Assembly: GCF_009914755.1 (NCBI RefSeq)
Contig: NC_060944.1
Reading direction: 5' to 3' (one strand)
Source: the human T2T-CHM13v2.0 reference genome, Homo sapiens
DNA: 64,000 bases
The notes beneath the pieces are model-generated. The model was not told where the DNA came from and searched no databases. It saw only the letters and a program-made list of their open reading frames with translations. The first letter of the stretch is position 1; each line of letters opens with the position of its first letter. Shown piece after piece: positions 38,490 through 53,784 of this stretch. A program made the translations under genes and the position numbers.

Positions 38490-38800
38490 TCCTACCTCCT
38501 GCGGCTCCTTTAACAGCGGCCAAGACACCGAAGAGGCGGGGGGTGCCAGACAGGCTGACGTCATGGGCAGCCCGAAATGACACAGCTAACCGGCCAATCC
38601 CAAGTTTGGATTCCGGGAGAAGCACGATCTATTGGATACAAGTGCTGGTGGCCTCGGCCAATGGTGGGAGAGGGGCCGGAGCCCGGCGGCTGCGTGGGTT
38701 TTAAATCCACGTGGTGGCTGCGGGGCGGGGCGCGGGGCCTCGGTGTTTAAAGGCTTTGGGTCCGCCGGGGCTGCAGCGGCGGCGGCTCCGAAGCGCTTGT
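38490..38800. promoter_or_regulatory. Small CpG-rich promoter-like element
   Basis: CRE 38556-38563, CCAAT at 38594, 38631 (reverse) and 38658, E-box CACGTG 38708, GC box 38722, TTTAAA 38746. Confidence 0.6.
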
Positions 38801-39252
38801 TCTTTTTTGTGAAAGGCGATTCCTCCACCACCTCTTAGGATCTTGGGCAAGTCACTCAGCCTCGCTGAGCCTGTTTGCATCAGTAGGGTTTTGTGAGGCT
38901 CCAGCCCTTCAACAGAACATTTGCTGAGCATCTACTGTGTGCCCAGCAGGGCCTTCTTAGATCAGGTATAAGGCAGGAGGGAAGCGTCGGGAGTCCCAGG
39001 CCTGCTGCCTCTGTAACCATGGGCAGGTGGTTCAACATTACCTCCCCTTCTTCCCCACTGCTCTGCCCCATCCTGGCTTTTATTGTATCTCCTCTAAAAG
39101 GGTGTGAGCTCCACGGGGAGGTACCCATGTGCTTTGAGGAAGGTCTGCCCCAGTTTATATTCAATAGGTACTTTTTGAATAATTATTGCAAAGACTAGTT
39201 CTCAGCACAGAGCTTAACACATAGGAGGTGTTTGATAAATGGCAATTGTTCA

Positions 39253-39730
<478 letters not shown>

Positions 39731-41801
39731 TCACAAAAAAAAACCAGATTAGTCACCATTATTATTCCTATTTTGCTGATGTGGAAACCAAGGCAGAGAG
39801 AGGCGAGGTAACTTTTCTAAGGTCGCGTGGCTAGGAGGTGGTGGGGCTTGATTCAAATCCAGGTCTGTCTACTCCTGGGGCCCTTGTTCTTAACCCCTGC
39901 GCTATCCCAATACTTGTCTAGTACTCAGCCTTTTTTTTCCAAGAACGTTCTAAGTTAGGCCTGTGCTAGTGGGAAGTGGGAGAGGAGGGGATAGGAATCA
40001 GGTGGGTGAGGCAGAGCCAGGTGAGCTGGGGTCCTGCCCCCTATGGCATGGCCCAGCCCTATGGGGTGGCATTGGGCAGGAAGAGGGGCAGTGAGACAGA
40101 CAGCCACTGGGGCCACGTGTCCTGTAAACAGGCTACCTGCTTGCCAGGCCCTGTGCTGGGCTGGTGGGGGGCAGTGCGGGGCAGTGCTGGGCATGACACA
40201 CCCTCCCTGCCCTCATGGGGCTGTCAGTCTAAACCAGCTACCACTAATGGTGACCTGAGTGCAGCCTGCAGGAGGGGTTTTGGTTTTGCCTGCATGGTAT
40301 TTAAACACTTTTTAAACATGAATTGCCTCGGTCCCCACCCCTCCCTAGTGTCACAGATGTCAGCTTTACTCATGTGTCCCACCAGCTCCTGAATGCCCTG
40401 AGCAGCTTTGTTCCCTGGTCTCCCCATGCCAGCAGCCCGCGGGGGGGGGGTGGGGGGGGGGCTCTGTGGCTGGCACACAGTGACTGCCCTGGCTTTCTTT
40501 GCTTTGCCTCCTGTCTGTGTTTGAAATCCCGAAATCACCGCCTTGAGCTCTGAAGCCCAGCGGCTCCGAGGCTGCAAGCCTCTCCGCTGGCCCCAGATGT
40601 GCAGCATGCAGCTTGAATCTCTGAGGACTCTGGTGGTGGATGCCAACTCCAAGTAAGTCAGACTTGGTTTCAAGTCCCAGCATCACTGCTAACCAGATGA
40701 GTGACGCAGGGCAAGCTAATAAAATCTGCAGAGTCTCAGTTTTTCTCCTCTGCGAAATGGGGATAATAGCTCCTTCTTCATCCGGTTATGGTGAAGGGTA
40801 AGTGCGTTGATGCAGGCTGAACGCTTGGCACAGAGTAACACTCTTTCTTTGGAGGCAGCTCATTTAGAACCATTGTCACTGGCAGGAAGTCCTTCCATAC
40901 ATCAGGCTGAGGTCTGCCTGCTTTATAACTTCCATAATTTGTTTTCCTAGCAGCATAAACATGCTTCTCTCTCCATAGAACGGCCCTTCAGTAACTAAGG
41001 GCCATGCTAAACATCACGGTGTTCTATTCAAGCTCTCCTACATCATTTGTGGAGCCCATTGCAAACTAAAAATGCCAGGCTCCATGTTCAAAAATTAGCA
41101 AGAACTTCAGGTTGGTGACAGCAGAACTCAGAGCCCCTTCTGAGGGCAGAGCCCCATGTGGCTACACGTTACATCCCTTGAAGCTGGCTCTGTTCTCACT
41201 GGGGGTCCATGGTATGGCAGCATCCTCCAGTACCACAAGATGGGGTCTTTCCGGAGCTGAGCAGGGCAAGGACAGGTTCTGGCTGGACCCAGGGAAGCCC
41301 ACCTGCAGGTGTGGCCTCTATCTCTGCAGCTCACAGTGGGAATCTGGCCCACAGGACCCAGCCTGCCACCCTCCAGGGAGCCGTGGAGATTTCAGGATTT
41401 CTCCTCTGCGAAATGGGGATAACAGCTCCCTCTTCATCCGGTTATGGTCAGGGGTAAGTGCGTTGATGTAGGTTGAATGCTTGGGCAGAGTAGTGCTTTT
41501 TTGTTGTTGACGGCGCATATATTGAGAGCAAAGCACACAAATCCAAAGTCGATTGTTTGATGACTTTTCACGTTGAATATACCTGGATCACCACCTCCCG
41601 GATCAAGATTGAGAGCATTCCCGTCACTCCAGAAAGTTTCCGGTTACCGCCCACCTTGTTTCCAGTTACTGCCCACCTCATTTCTAGTTACTGCCCCCCT
41701 CATTTCTAGTTACTGCCCGCCTGCGTCCCTGCAGAAGAGATAACCACGATTCTGACTTCTTTGACGGTAGATTTCTTTAGTTCATGCTTGACTTTCTATT
41801 G

Positions 41802-42102
41802 TTTTATTTTTATTTTTGTATTTTTAGAGACAGGGTCTCACTTTGTCACCCAGGCTGGAGTGCAATGGTGTGATCATGGCTTACTTCAGCCTCCATCTCC
41901 CCTGGGCTCAAGTGATCCTCCCACCCCAGCCTCTCAAGTAGCTGGGACTACAGGTGCGTGCCACCACGCCCAACTAATTTTTTAATTTTTTGTAGAGACG
42001 AGGTCTTGCTATGTTGCCCAGGCTGGTCTTGAACTCCTGGGTTCAAGCTCCCACCATGTCCTTCCAAAGTGCCGGGATTATAGGCATGAATCAAGGCACC
42101 TA
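41802..42102 (-). mobile_element. AluJ-like inside an old L1 fragment
   Basis: Antisense Alu sequence flanked by L1M-like 3' UTR (~41500-42590). Confidence 0.88.
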
Positions 42103-43224
42103 GGCTTGATGTTCTGTAAACAGAATCCTGCGGTATGTATTCTTTTGGGTCTGACTTCTTCACTCACGGTTAGGCGTGCTAGGTTCACCCTAAGCACAAA
42201 GGCATGCTGCTTTGTTCTTTTTCATGGCTCTGCAGCTTTCCTTTGTGTGCAGACACCGTGATTTGTCCCTTCTCTTGTCATGGGCATGGGTTGTTCCCAG
42301 CTGTTGGCTCTTGCAGGTGGGGCCGCTGTGGACACTCTTACCATTGTCTCTTGGCTTGCTCCTTGCACACTTATTCTCCTTTCTCTGGGGTCCTTTGTCA
42401 GGAGTGGGAACGCTGGCAGAGGGTGGGCTTGTATTTAGCTATAATAGATATTCCTGATCAGTCTTCCAAGGTGGTCGTACCGACGCCCATTCATTGCCAC
42501 CCGCAGTGGACGGAGACTTCCTGGTGTTCCACATCCTCCCCAGCACTCGGTTTGCCGCTCTTATTAATGTAGCCATTCTGATCAGTGTCACCCTTGGATT
42601 TTGCAGCTGACCTAAGGGGGCTGAGGGTGAAGGCCACAGGCTGAGAAGCTCTTGCCAGTGGTCAGTGAGGAGCAGCAAATTCGGGTCTTGGCACTTGGTA
42701 GGTGCCCCTTACCCTTGGAGACACTTGCAAATCTGACCAGCATGGGTTCTGTGACTTCATCTAAGTGACTGACGAGCACCCAGAAGAGGACAGACCCCAC
42801 TGCAGAGAAAGCCGGGGCTTCCTCTTAGACAAGCCCCTCCCAGTCATCGCGTTTTCACTCATGTCCTCTCCCAACAAAAGCGTGGAACAGGAAAGTATCT
42901 GCTCTTCACAGCGTCACATGCTCTATTTAAAAACAACTTTTGGGAGGAGAGGAGGGAGCAGAACAGATGTTTGGCCATGTTAAATTTACACAGTGATTGT
43001 AGGTTGCAGCCTCCTGCCTGAAAGATTAAAATATGAAAAAAATGCATCTCAGAAACACAACAATAACAACCCCAGCCCCTGTGGTGCACTCACTACAGGG
43101 AGGCGCTGTGCTGGGGGCTTTGGAGCTGGAGCGGCTCCATGTCAACTCCTCAGCAACCCTTGGAGGTTGGTGTTATCACACCATTTTACAGATAAGCTAT
43201 GACCTCCAAGCCTCAGTTTCCTTA

Positions 43225-44634
<1,410 letters not shown>

Positions 44635-44782
44635 TTACAATGGAAACGAGCACTTGGGGCTCCCTGTCTCGGAAAAGTTGTTGAATCAATGCACGTTGAT
44701 TGCTTCAGCAATCTAGGAAATACTATGTAAGTTTTCTTTAAACAATGCCAGTATGGCCACAGCGCCCCCCAGAATTCTACTA

Positions 44783-44847
44783 TTCATTCACTCACTCATT
44801 TACCTCATTTACTCATTCATTCATTCATTCATTCATTCATTCATTCA
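44783..44847. repeat. (ATTC)n microsatellite (probable L2 tail)
   Basis: Seen directly. Confidence 0.9.
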
Positions 44848-46340
44848 GTGTTCCGTCCCTGATGATTTGGTTATGACCAAAGCAGACACAATCGCTGACC
44901 TCAGGGAGCATGTGTTCTGGTGCAAGAACTGACGCTGAGGTCCCCCTGACTCTTTGCTTATCCTTCTGACAGCAAAAGTTGTCAGGAAAACAGACAGAAA
45001 CAAAAAATGCCCACTCTGGACTGAATTGTAAATCTTACCCCTTTCTCCTCACCCAAAGCCCAACAAAGCAATTTGAAATTCCAAACCTGTGACCACTGGA
45101 CAAGATCACCTTTCTCCCACTGAGAAGAAGATCAGCGTTGGCTCGGGCCAAGTCTGGGAGACAGACAAGGCCTCCTTTCAACATCGTGCCTCCAGGGGAA
45201 CCAGGCCAAGTATCGGCCCTCCAGAGACAGCTGCAGCCCTTGGAGGCCTCCCCACTGAGTCCACACCCCTGGCCCAGGGCACTCAGGCTAGCTGACCGGC
45301 CCTGCTCCCTGGCCAGCCTCATTTCCTCCTGTTCTCTTGCTTGGTGCCCCTAGCAGCCGTCTTGCACCTGGCCACTGCTTCCCACGCCAGGGCCTTTGCC
45401 TTTGCTGTTCCCCTGCCTGGCATGGTCTCGTCATTCAGGGCTCAGCCTGAATGTCACCTCCTCCTGGAAGCCTTACCCTCATCTCGTTATGTCCTACCCC
45501 ATCACCCTATTTCTTTCCCTTGGGTCACCAGTAAGAACCTGGGTTGAGCTTGTGCAGCCGTCTCATTGTCTTAGCCTCACGAAACTGTAAACCCTTTGAC
45601 AAAAGGGATCTGTCTGGTTTGTTTGACGTGTAACCCCAGCTTCCAGCCTAGCACAGAGAAAGCTCCATGGAGACACTGACTGTCAGATGACTGCAGACCT
45701 CCCCACAAGGAGGAGGGAAGCTGGCCTCCAAGGAGGCGCATCCCACAGTGCAGTGGTCTCTGGCCAGGGTGGGTCATTACGCCATTGGTTTATAGCGCCA
45801 TTTGCTTCGGCCCCTTTTGGTGGCATCCCAGGGTTTAAAGTGACCAGGCAGCTAGTGTGGGGAGACGGGACACAGCTGTCTGAGGTCAGGGGGTCTGTAT
45901 GTGCCTCTCCGGCAGGGAACAGCCTCGGCCGTCAGAAGCCAGGTTTCAGCATTTAGGATGCAGCCAACAGCCAAATTGCTTTCTTGGTTTTATATATAAG
46001 GGCTTTTTTTGGTACCATAAGGGCGGGTGGACAGGGCTGCCTTTGCTTCCTGGAGGGTCTGGTTCCTTTCGGGGAAGGTCTCAGTTGGCCACTGGAGTAA
46101 CAGCACTGCGTCGGCCCATGTGGCCAGCCAGCATCCCTGTGCTCATGGCTAAGGACAGGCTGTTACTCTGTTCTGCGGGTCTTGAAGTCATTTGGTCAAG
46201 TGGACTTCAGAAGGAGAGAGAGAGAAGGACAGACAGCATCCATGGAGACTGCCACAGAGAATGGAAAGAGAATGGGATCTGCAGTCTGATGGGCTGGCAT
46301 ATCTCAGCAGCAGCAACAACAACACAATAATATGGAATTC

Positions 46341-46656
<316 letters not shown>

Positions 46657-46724
46657 CTACACGCTGAGCACTACTCAGGCATTCACCTAAATTACTTCAC
46701 ACAGTTCTCATGAGAACCTTATGA

Positions 46725-47098
<374 letters not shown>

Positions 47099-49029
47099 AG
47101 CTGTCAGTTGCTCACTTGGTGAAGTCAGGATTCTAATTCAGGCTGTTGGAGTTTGAAACTGAAGCTCCTCTCCATTAATGGAAGAACCCAGATTTGGGAG
47201 TTTCCCGGAAGAACCACCTGGGGTGGGAGGAGAATTGACTGGAGCAACACTAGCAATGCCCACAGTAACAACCCCAGCGACGCTAATAGCCTGGCCGTGG
47301 GAGCAGCTGCTTATGAGCCTGGCCCGCAGCCGGGCCCTGGTTAAAGACCTTCATGTACTTCATTCCACGCTCCCAGCAACTTCCCACAGCCAGCACGTCA
47401 CGGGTGCTTGGGAAGTGTTACTTGCACATTTGTTGACTCAATCACTGAACAACTCTAGGTGGCCGTTAATTTTATCGCGTTTTGCAGAGGAGAGCACTGA
47501 GATTCAAAGGAGCCAATTTGCCTGGTGACTGCCCTGCTCAGCGCTGAGGACCAGTTCTGGTCTGGGATGACGTTTCCATCAGGCAGCTGCGAAATTAGGC
47601 CACATGGAAGATGTTGTGAACTTTTTGCAAAAAGAAGTGTTATTTCTGTTACGTTGATGTTAAAGATTCTCCTATGAAATTATTTTGATTGCAGAAAGTA
47701 ACTTTAAAATGTTATTATTACTAACCTATGGTGGTCTCTTGCCATCCCCTTCTGAAAAGTCATGCCAGTTGGTGAATTCTGGACATGTGGGAGCCACTTC
47801 TCAAGGTCACAGCATCCAGGTACCTGGAATGTGAGCCCAGGTCTGGGTGATTGCACAGCTCTGCCACCTGATCAGCTCCATAAACTAAAGGTGGGGGATT
47901 TCACCTTTCTTAGCCTCATCGGGAAAGCAAGGCATTACAAGAACCCGCCCTGGCACATTACTGAGAAACCAGGATGAAGTGAGGATTCCAATCCCATTTC
48001 CTGGCATACAGTAGATGCAGGTTTTGCCCTAATGCAAACCCAGGGTCCCCCATGCCTGAGGGCAGGCTTAGAAATGTCATAAATCAACCCAGAGAAGAGA
48101 AGGGAGAGGCAAGCATGTTTGTGGGGGAAAAAAATGCCTGTGGGGTGGAAGACTACAGTGATAAATGAAGAAGCAGAGGACTTTGATTTCTGGTAACAAC
48201 GACAAAAACTAAAGAAAATGTTGATGTACACTCACAGTTTGTCAGTGGAATGTCCCAATGCTGAAAGTAAGTAGGAATATAAGGGAACACTGGGATTGGC
48301 ACCAGGGAAAATACCTCCAGGCTGGGGGAAGTGATCCAGTGGCTTGCAAAGGTGGAAGAGGCAAGTCCAGCCAAGGTCAGTTGTTGGGGAAGGTTGCTTG
48401 GAGGATCCTTGGGTCTGACCACAGCTTCACTCTTGAAACTTGATCATCTCAGCTGCCTCAGTAGGTCTGGTTTCCTGAAAGCCAGGACCACTTAGCGGAG
48501 GTCCTTGGGCAAATCACTTCATCTCTCTGGGCTCAGTTAGCTCCTCTGTAAAATGGGTGGAAACATACAAATGCTGTCATGGATTAAAGCCCTCGGAGCA
48601 GTGCAAGGCACCAGGCAGCCACTCAGCTCTGCTTGCTGTCCCTTGTAGGAAGGAGGCAAACCCCCAGTCCCTGTGAGTCCCTCCCCAGCACCTGCACACA
48701 GGGTTGGGCAAACAGTCAGTGGGGAGAGACGGGACCGTCCTGGAAGGTGAGGGGAACTTCAGACAGCAATTTCTAGAATCCAAGTTCTCCTCTGGGTTCA
48801 GTCTTAGGTTGGCAGCTGCCAGGCACTTCCGGGAAAGGCAAATAACAGAATTGCTGGTGTTGAGAGGTGAAATAATACAGTCCCAACAGTGCACGCGCAT
48901 GCTTTGTAAGTCAAGAGATTTTGATATGCTTCCAGCTGTATCCCCAGGATACACAGCACTATGCACTATGCCTGGTGCATAGCAGATGCTTAATTAACAT
49001 AACTTGAGTCAAAAATTGAATATGGTTCT

Positions 49030-49669
49030 CAAGGGTGGCAAAGTACAGCCTGTGGGCCACATCCAGCCTGGTGCCTGTCTTTGTACCTGCCAGTTACGAG
49101 TGGCCTTTACATTTTTAAATGGTTGGAAAAAGGCAAAGGAATAATATTCTGTGGTACATGAAAACTGTATGCAATTCAAAGTTCTGTGCCCATAAATAAA
49201 TTATTTTGGGGAATGCAAACAGGCTCATTTGTTCACATATTGTCTATAGTGGCTTTTGAGCTACAAGGGTAAAGGTGACTAGTTGTGACAGAGACTTTTC
49301 AGCCCACCCAGCCTAAGATACTTACTCTCTAGCCCTTTAAGAAAAAGTTTGTGGCTGGGCACAGTGGTTCACACCTGTCATCTCAATGCTTTGGCAAGCC
49401 GAAATGGGAGGATCGCTTGAAGCCAGAAGTTCAAGACCAGCCTGGGCAACAAAGCCAGAGTCCATCTTTACAAAAAATGAAATAAAATAAATTAGCCAGG
49501 TGTGGTGGTACACACCTGTAGTCCCAACTACTTGGGAGGCTAAGGTGGGAGACTGCTTAAGTTCAGAGTTTGAGGCTGCAATGAGCTATGGTTATACCAC
49601 AGCACTCCAGCCTGGGCAACAGAGCAAGTCCCTGTCTCGATAAAAAAGGAAAAGGTTTGCCAACCCCTG
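49030..49669 (+). mobile_element. MER58B interrupted by an Alu
   Basis: GGCAAAGTACAGCCTGTGGGCC...TTTGCCAACCCCTG termini. Confidence 0.75.
49353..49648 (+). mobile_element. AluJ-like nested in MER58B
   Basis: Sense Alu with TSD-like AAAA(A/G)GTTTG. Confidence 0.9.
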
Positions 49670-50913
49670 ATCTAGACCAATTGGTCTCAACTTTGGCAGT
49701 GCGTTGGAATCACCTGAGAGCTTTAAAAATCCCGATGCACAGGCCTCAGCCTCAGAGATTCTGACTTAACTGGTCAAGAGTGCAGTTGGGACAGAAGATT
49801 CTAATGGGCAGCCCAGGCTGAGAACACTCCCTAAGTGCTGGCTGTTAATCAGGACTCCTCTTTTTGGTTGTTAGTACCTCCCAAGCATGAACAGGGCATT
49901 AGAGCACCATGGGGAGAGCAGCGCCAGGCTCCTTCCAGAGATCCCTGAGCCCAAACTTGCAGACTCTCAGGCTTGTGGGGCCAGTCAGGAACAAACATGG
50001 GGGAGTGGGCAGGTAACTGAGCACGGGCTGTCTCAGGTTCTCTGTCTCCCTCTGCTCCTGGCAGGTGGGCTCAGGAGGGTGTAGATGCAGGGCTGCGTCT
50101 CCTCTATGGGCCAGCAGCATCTCTACATGTTTCGTGGCACCTGGTACCATGTGCTGAGCACTGGCCGTCATGCCCATCTATTTTGGTGGTGTTAGAAGCA
50201 GCTCCCAGGTATTGAATGCTTCCTCTGTGCCCAACAACTCTGTGCCACCCTACGATGGGGGGAGTGTCTTTCCTTTTGCTGAAGAACTTTTCTGAGGCTT
50301 GAGGAGGGCAAATCACATTCCCACAGCTGCCTAGTTACTGCCAGGCCAGGGTTTGAAGTCAGACCCGTCAGGCTCCAGAGGCCACTCTCTGAGTCCCTGT
50401 GCGCTCCTGCCAACGGGAGGAAGAGAGAGAGCTAAGCCGTCTCTCTCCTGGGAGGCTGGGGCGTCTGGTTTCTTAAGTGATGAGCACCGCAGCAGTGGCA
50501 GCGGCACCGTCCTGTGGCTTCTTTCTCACAAATCTTTTATTTTTGGCCTGAGACAGCTAATGCGTGGCCAACGTATCCTAGGAAACCAGGATGCTTGGAG
50601 CAAGCTGTACCAAATCTCCATGCTAAAACCATCAGATGGCTAATTTGGGCCTCTCTAGTTATTTATTTAATTATTTTTAGATGCCTGTGTATCGTTTTAC
50701 ACACTTTCTTGACAAATGCAAGCGTCAGGCACACGCGTGCAGGGCATTGGACCATGTGCCTGTTCCTGTGTGCACCCGCTCACTGTTCCTCTCCTTGGTG
50801 AGCCTCCCGGGGCTTGCGGGTGAGGCAGGATCTGCCCAGTCCTCCCCCTCCTGCCTCTTTCTCACCCTTCAGTGGCACATCCCAAATGTCAAGCCCTGAG
50901 GTCTAGCTCTGGG

Positions 50914-51390
50914 TCATGGCTTCTCAACGTTGGCACTATTGGCATTTGGAGCCAGGGAACACTGTCCCGTGGGGCTGTCCGAAATCAGACCTGCAGCAGT
51001 GTCTCTGGCCTCTACCTCCTAGGTCCTAGTGGCTGTCCCCCCCATCCCCCATACCTTACCCCTCACCCCCTGTTGCGACAATCAAAAATGTCTCCAGGCA
51101 TCACCACATGTCTGCTGGGGTTTGAGTTGCCTGATAAAATACAGGACACCCAGTTAAATCTGAATTTCAGATAAGCAGGGAATTATTTTTTATTTTTTAG
51201 TATAAGTATGTCCCAAATATACACATAAGTATAGCATAAGAATGTCCTATGCAATATTTGGGACATACTTATACTAAAAAAAATTCATTGTTTATTTAAA
51301 TTCAAGTTTAACTGGATGTCCTGTATTTTATTTGCTAAATCTGCCAATCCTAACTAGGGGGCAACATTGTTCCCAGTTGGGAACCACTGG
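50914..51390 (-). mobile_element. MER20 interrupted by a MER53 insertion
   Basis: MER20 motifs at 50914-51120 resume at ~51355-51390. Confidence 0.65.
51125..51350. mobile_element. MER53 palindromic hAT MITE
   Basis: GATAAAATACAGGACACCCAGTTAAAT...TTTAACTGGATGTCCTGTATTTTATTTGCTAAATCTG, with inverted arms. Confidence 0.85.
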
Positions 51391-51739
51391 GCTAGAGCCT
51401 GGGTTCTTCACCACAATGCCTCAGTTTCCTCACCTGTACAATGGGTATGATATCAGTTCCAACCTTGTCAGCGTGTCCAGGCTCTAACACAGCTGAGACA
51501 GGTTGGGAGGCATGTGACATGCTCAGCGAAGGCCAGGACGTGCTGTTGGGGCCTCAATGATGCACCTGGGCCTCTTTCAGCCTCCCTGTTCTTCTCCCTA
51601 CTTTCTTCTGCTCTTTGTCCTGGATCTCCCTTGGGTGACTTGACCAAGGAAACACAGACACCACCCTAAGAATGGGCAGCAGAGGACAGGCCCTGCAATC
51701 CAAGTACAAGTTTAGAAAGAAACGATTTCTCATGGGGAG

Positions 51740-52135
51740 TGTATTAGTCCGTTCTTGCATTGCTATAAAGAACTACCTGAGACTGGGTAATTTATGAAGA
51801 AAAGAGATTTAATTGGCTTACAGTTCTGCAGGCTGTACAGGATGCATAGTTGGGGAGGCCTCAGGAAACTTACAATCACGGTGGAAGGGTGAAGGGGAAG
51901 CAGGCACCATTTTCACATGGCAGCAGGAGAGAGAGCACGGGTGTGAAGGGGGCAGTGCCACAGACTTTCAAACAACCAGATCTTGTGAGAACTCACTATC
52001 ATGAGAACAGCAAAGGGGAAAGGCATCCCCATGATCCAGTCACCTCCCACCAGGTCCTGCCTCCAACACTCACTCCAACACTGGATCACAATTCAACATG
52101 GGATTTGGGTGGGGACACAGAGCCAAACCATATCA
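51740..52135 (-). mobile_element. MST-family MaLR solo LTR
   Basis: TGTATTAGTCC...CCAAACCATATCA; 5-bp TSD GGGAG/GGGAA. Confidence 0.88.
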
Positions 52136-52329
52136 GGGAACCAGCATCTACTGCACAGAATTCCTTGTGCCTAGTTCTGTGCTTAGAACTGGGAACAGTG
52201 GTGCTAAAACACAGATCCAGGCCCTGCCTTCCACGAGCTGCCTGGTTCCTGGGTCCCTCTGATGCCTCCCTCCTTCCCCACACCCCCCACATCTCATCCA
52301 TTGGCAAATCCTGGAGCTCTACTTCTTTT

Positions 52330-53530
52330 TAAAAATAGCTCTATTGAGGCATCTTTGGCGTACAATCAACTGTACCATTTGGTAACTTTTGATCTATGTA
52401 TGCACTGTGAACCCTCAACACCATCCACATGCTGAATATCTCTGTCACTCCTGGTGAGCTCTCTCTCCCACCCCCTCTCCCCCAAGCAACCACTGATCTT
52501 CTCAGTCACTATAAATGACTTTGTATTTCCTCGAGTTTTATATATAAATGGAATCATACAGTATGTACTTTTTTGGGTCTGGCTTCTTTCCTTCACATAA
52601 TTATTTTGAGATGTGTGCACGTTGTTGAGTGTATCAGCAGTTCATAGCTTTTTATTTCTGAGTAGTAGTCTGTGGCATGGATATACCCCGGTTTGTTTAT
52701 CCATTCACTTGTTGATAAATCTACCTCTTTTTTACAATGCAATTATGCATTGAAGCATAACATGCATACAGCAAAGTGCATAAAACATTCATGATAGTTT
52801 GACAGAAAAATAAGATCTAGTGTTTGATGGATCAGAAGGGGACTGGAGTTCACAATACTCTATTGTATATTTCAAAATAGCTAGAAGAGAATAATTTGAA
52901 TGTTTCTAGCATGAAAAAAGACAAATATTTAAGGTGATGGATATTGTAAGCAGACTGATTTAATCTTGACTAATGATACGAATGTATTAAATTATATGTA
53001 CTGAAAAAAATGATATGTGACCAGATGAGTGCATTTTCATGAAGTACACACCCTCATCCATGTAACTATAGCACCCAGATTAAGAAACAAGACATGGCCA
53101 GACCCCAGAATCCCCCCTGAGCCCCTCCTTGTCCCTGCCTTCCATTCCCCTCTGTGTTCTGACACATAGATCACACTGAGGGTTCTTGAACTTCATCTGA
53201 ATGGATCACACAATACATTATTCTTTTGTGCCTGGCTTCCTCCACTCTACGTTATGACTGTGAGATTCATTCTCTGTGTTATGTATACCAGTAGTGTGTT
53301 CCTTTTTACAGCCGAGTAATATTCCACCGTGTGAATACACCACAGTTTGTTTCTCCGGTCCCCTGTTTGCGGGACATTTGGGCTGTTTCCAGTAGTTGGC
53401 CATTTCAGATAATGCACCTGCGGACATTGCTGCCATAGCTTTTGTGCCTGTGTTTTCATTTCTGTTGGGCTGTGCCCAGGAGTGGGAGTGCCAGGTCCTA
53501 GGGTATGCATAGGGTCAGCTTTACTAGATA
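52330..53530. mobile_element. Nested old L1 (L1M) 3' fragments, with a sense L1MA-like piece at ~52790-53010
   Basis: ATAAATGGAATCATACAGTATGTACT motif (antisense) and TATTTCAAAATAGCTAGAAGAG motif (sense). Confidence 0.7.
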
Positions 53531-53784
53531 TTCTTCCTCTTAAATTCTTTGTAAGACCATTTGCTCTCCAGCTGTCCACCACCATCCTAGCCCCAGAAGC
53601 TGCCATTTGCACCCGGGTGACTTCAACAGCCTTTGAACAGGTCCCTGTTTACCCCTCCCCAGTCCACTCTCCACATGGAAGCCAGAGTGAGCGTTCAAAA
53701 TGGCAATTTGGGTTATGTTGTTGCCCTGTCTTCTCATGGGCCTGAAGCCCATCAGGCCCTGCCTCGTCCCACCCCTGACTGCCC

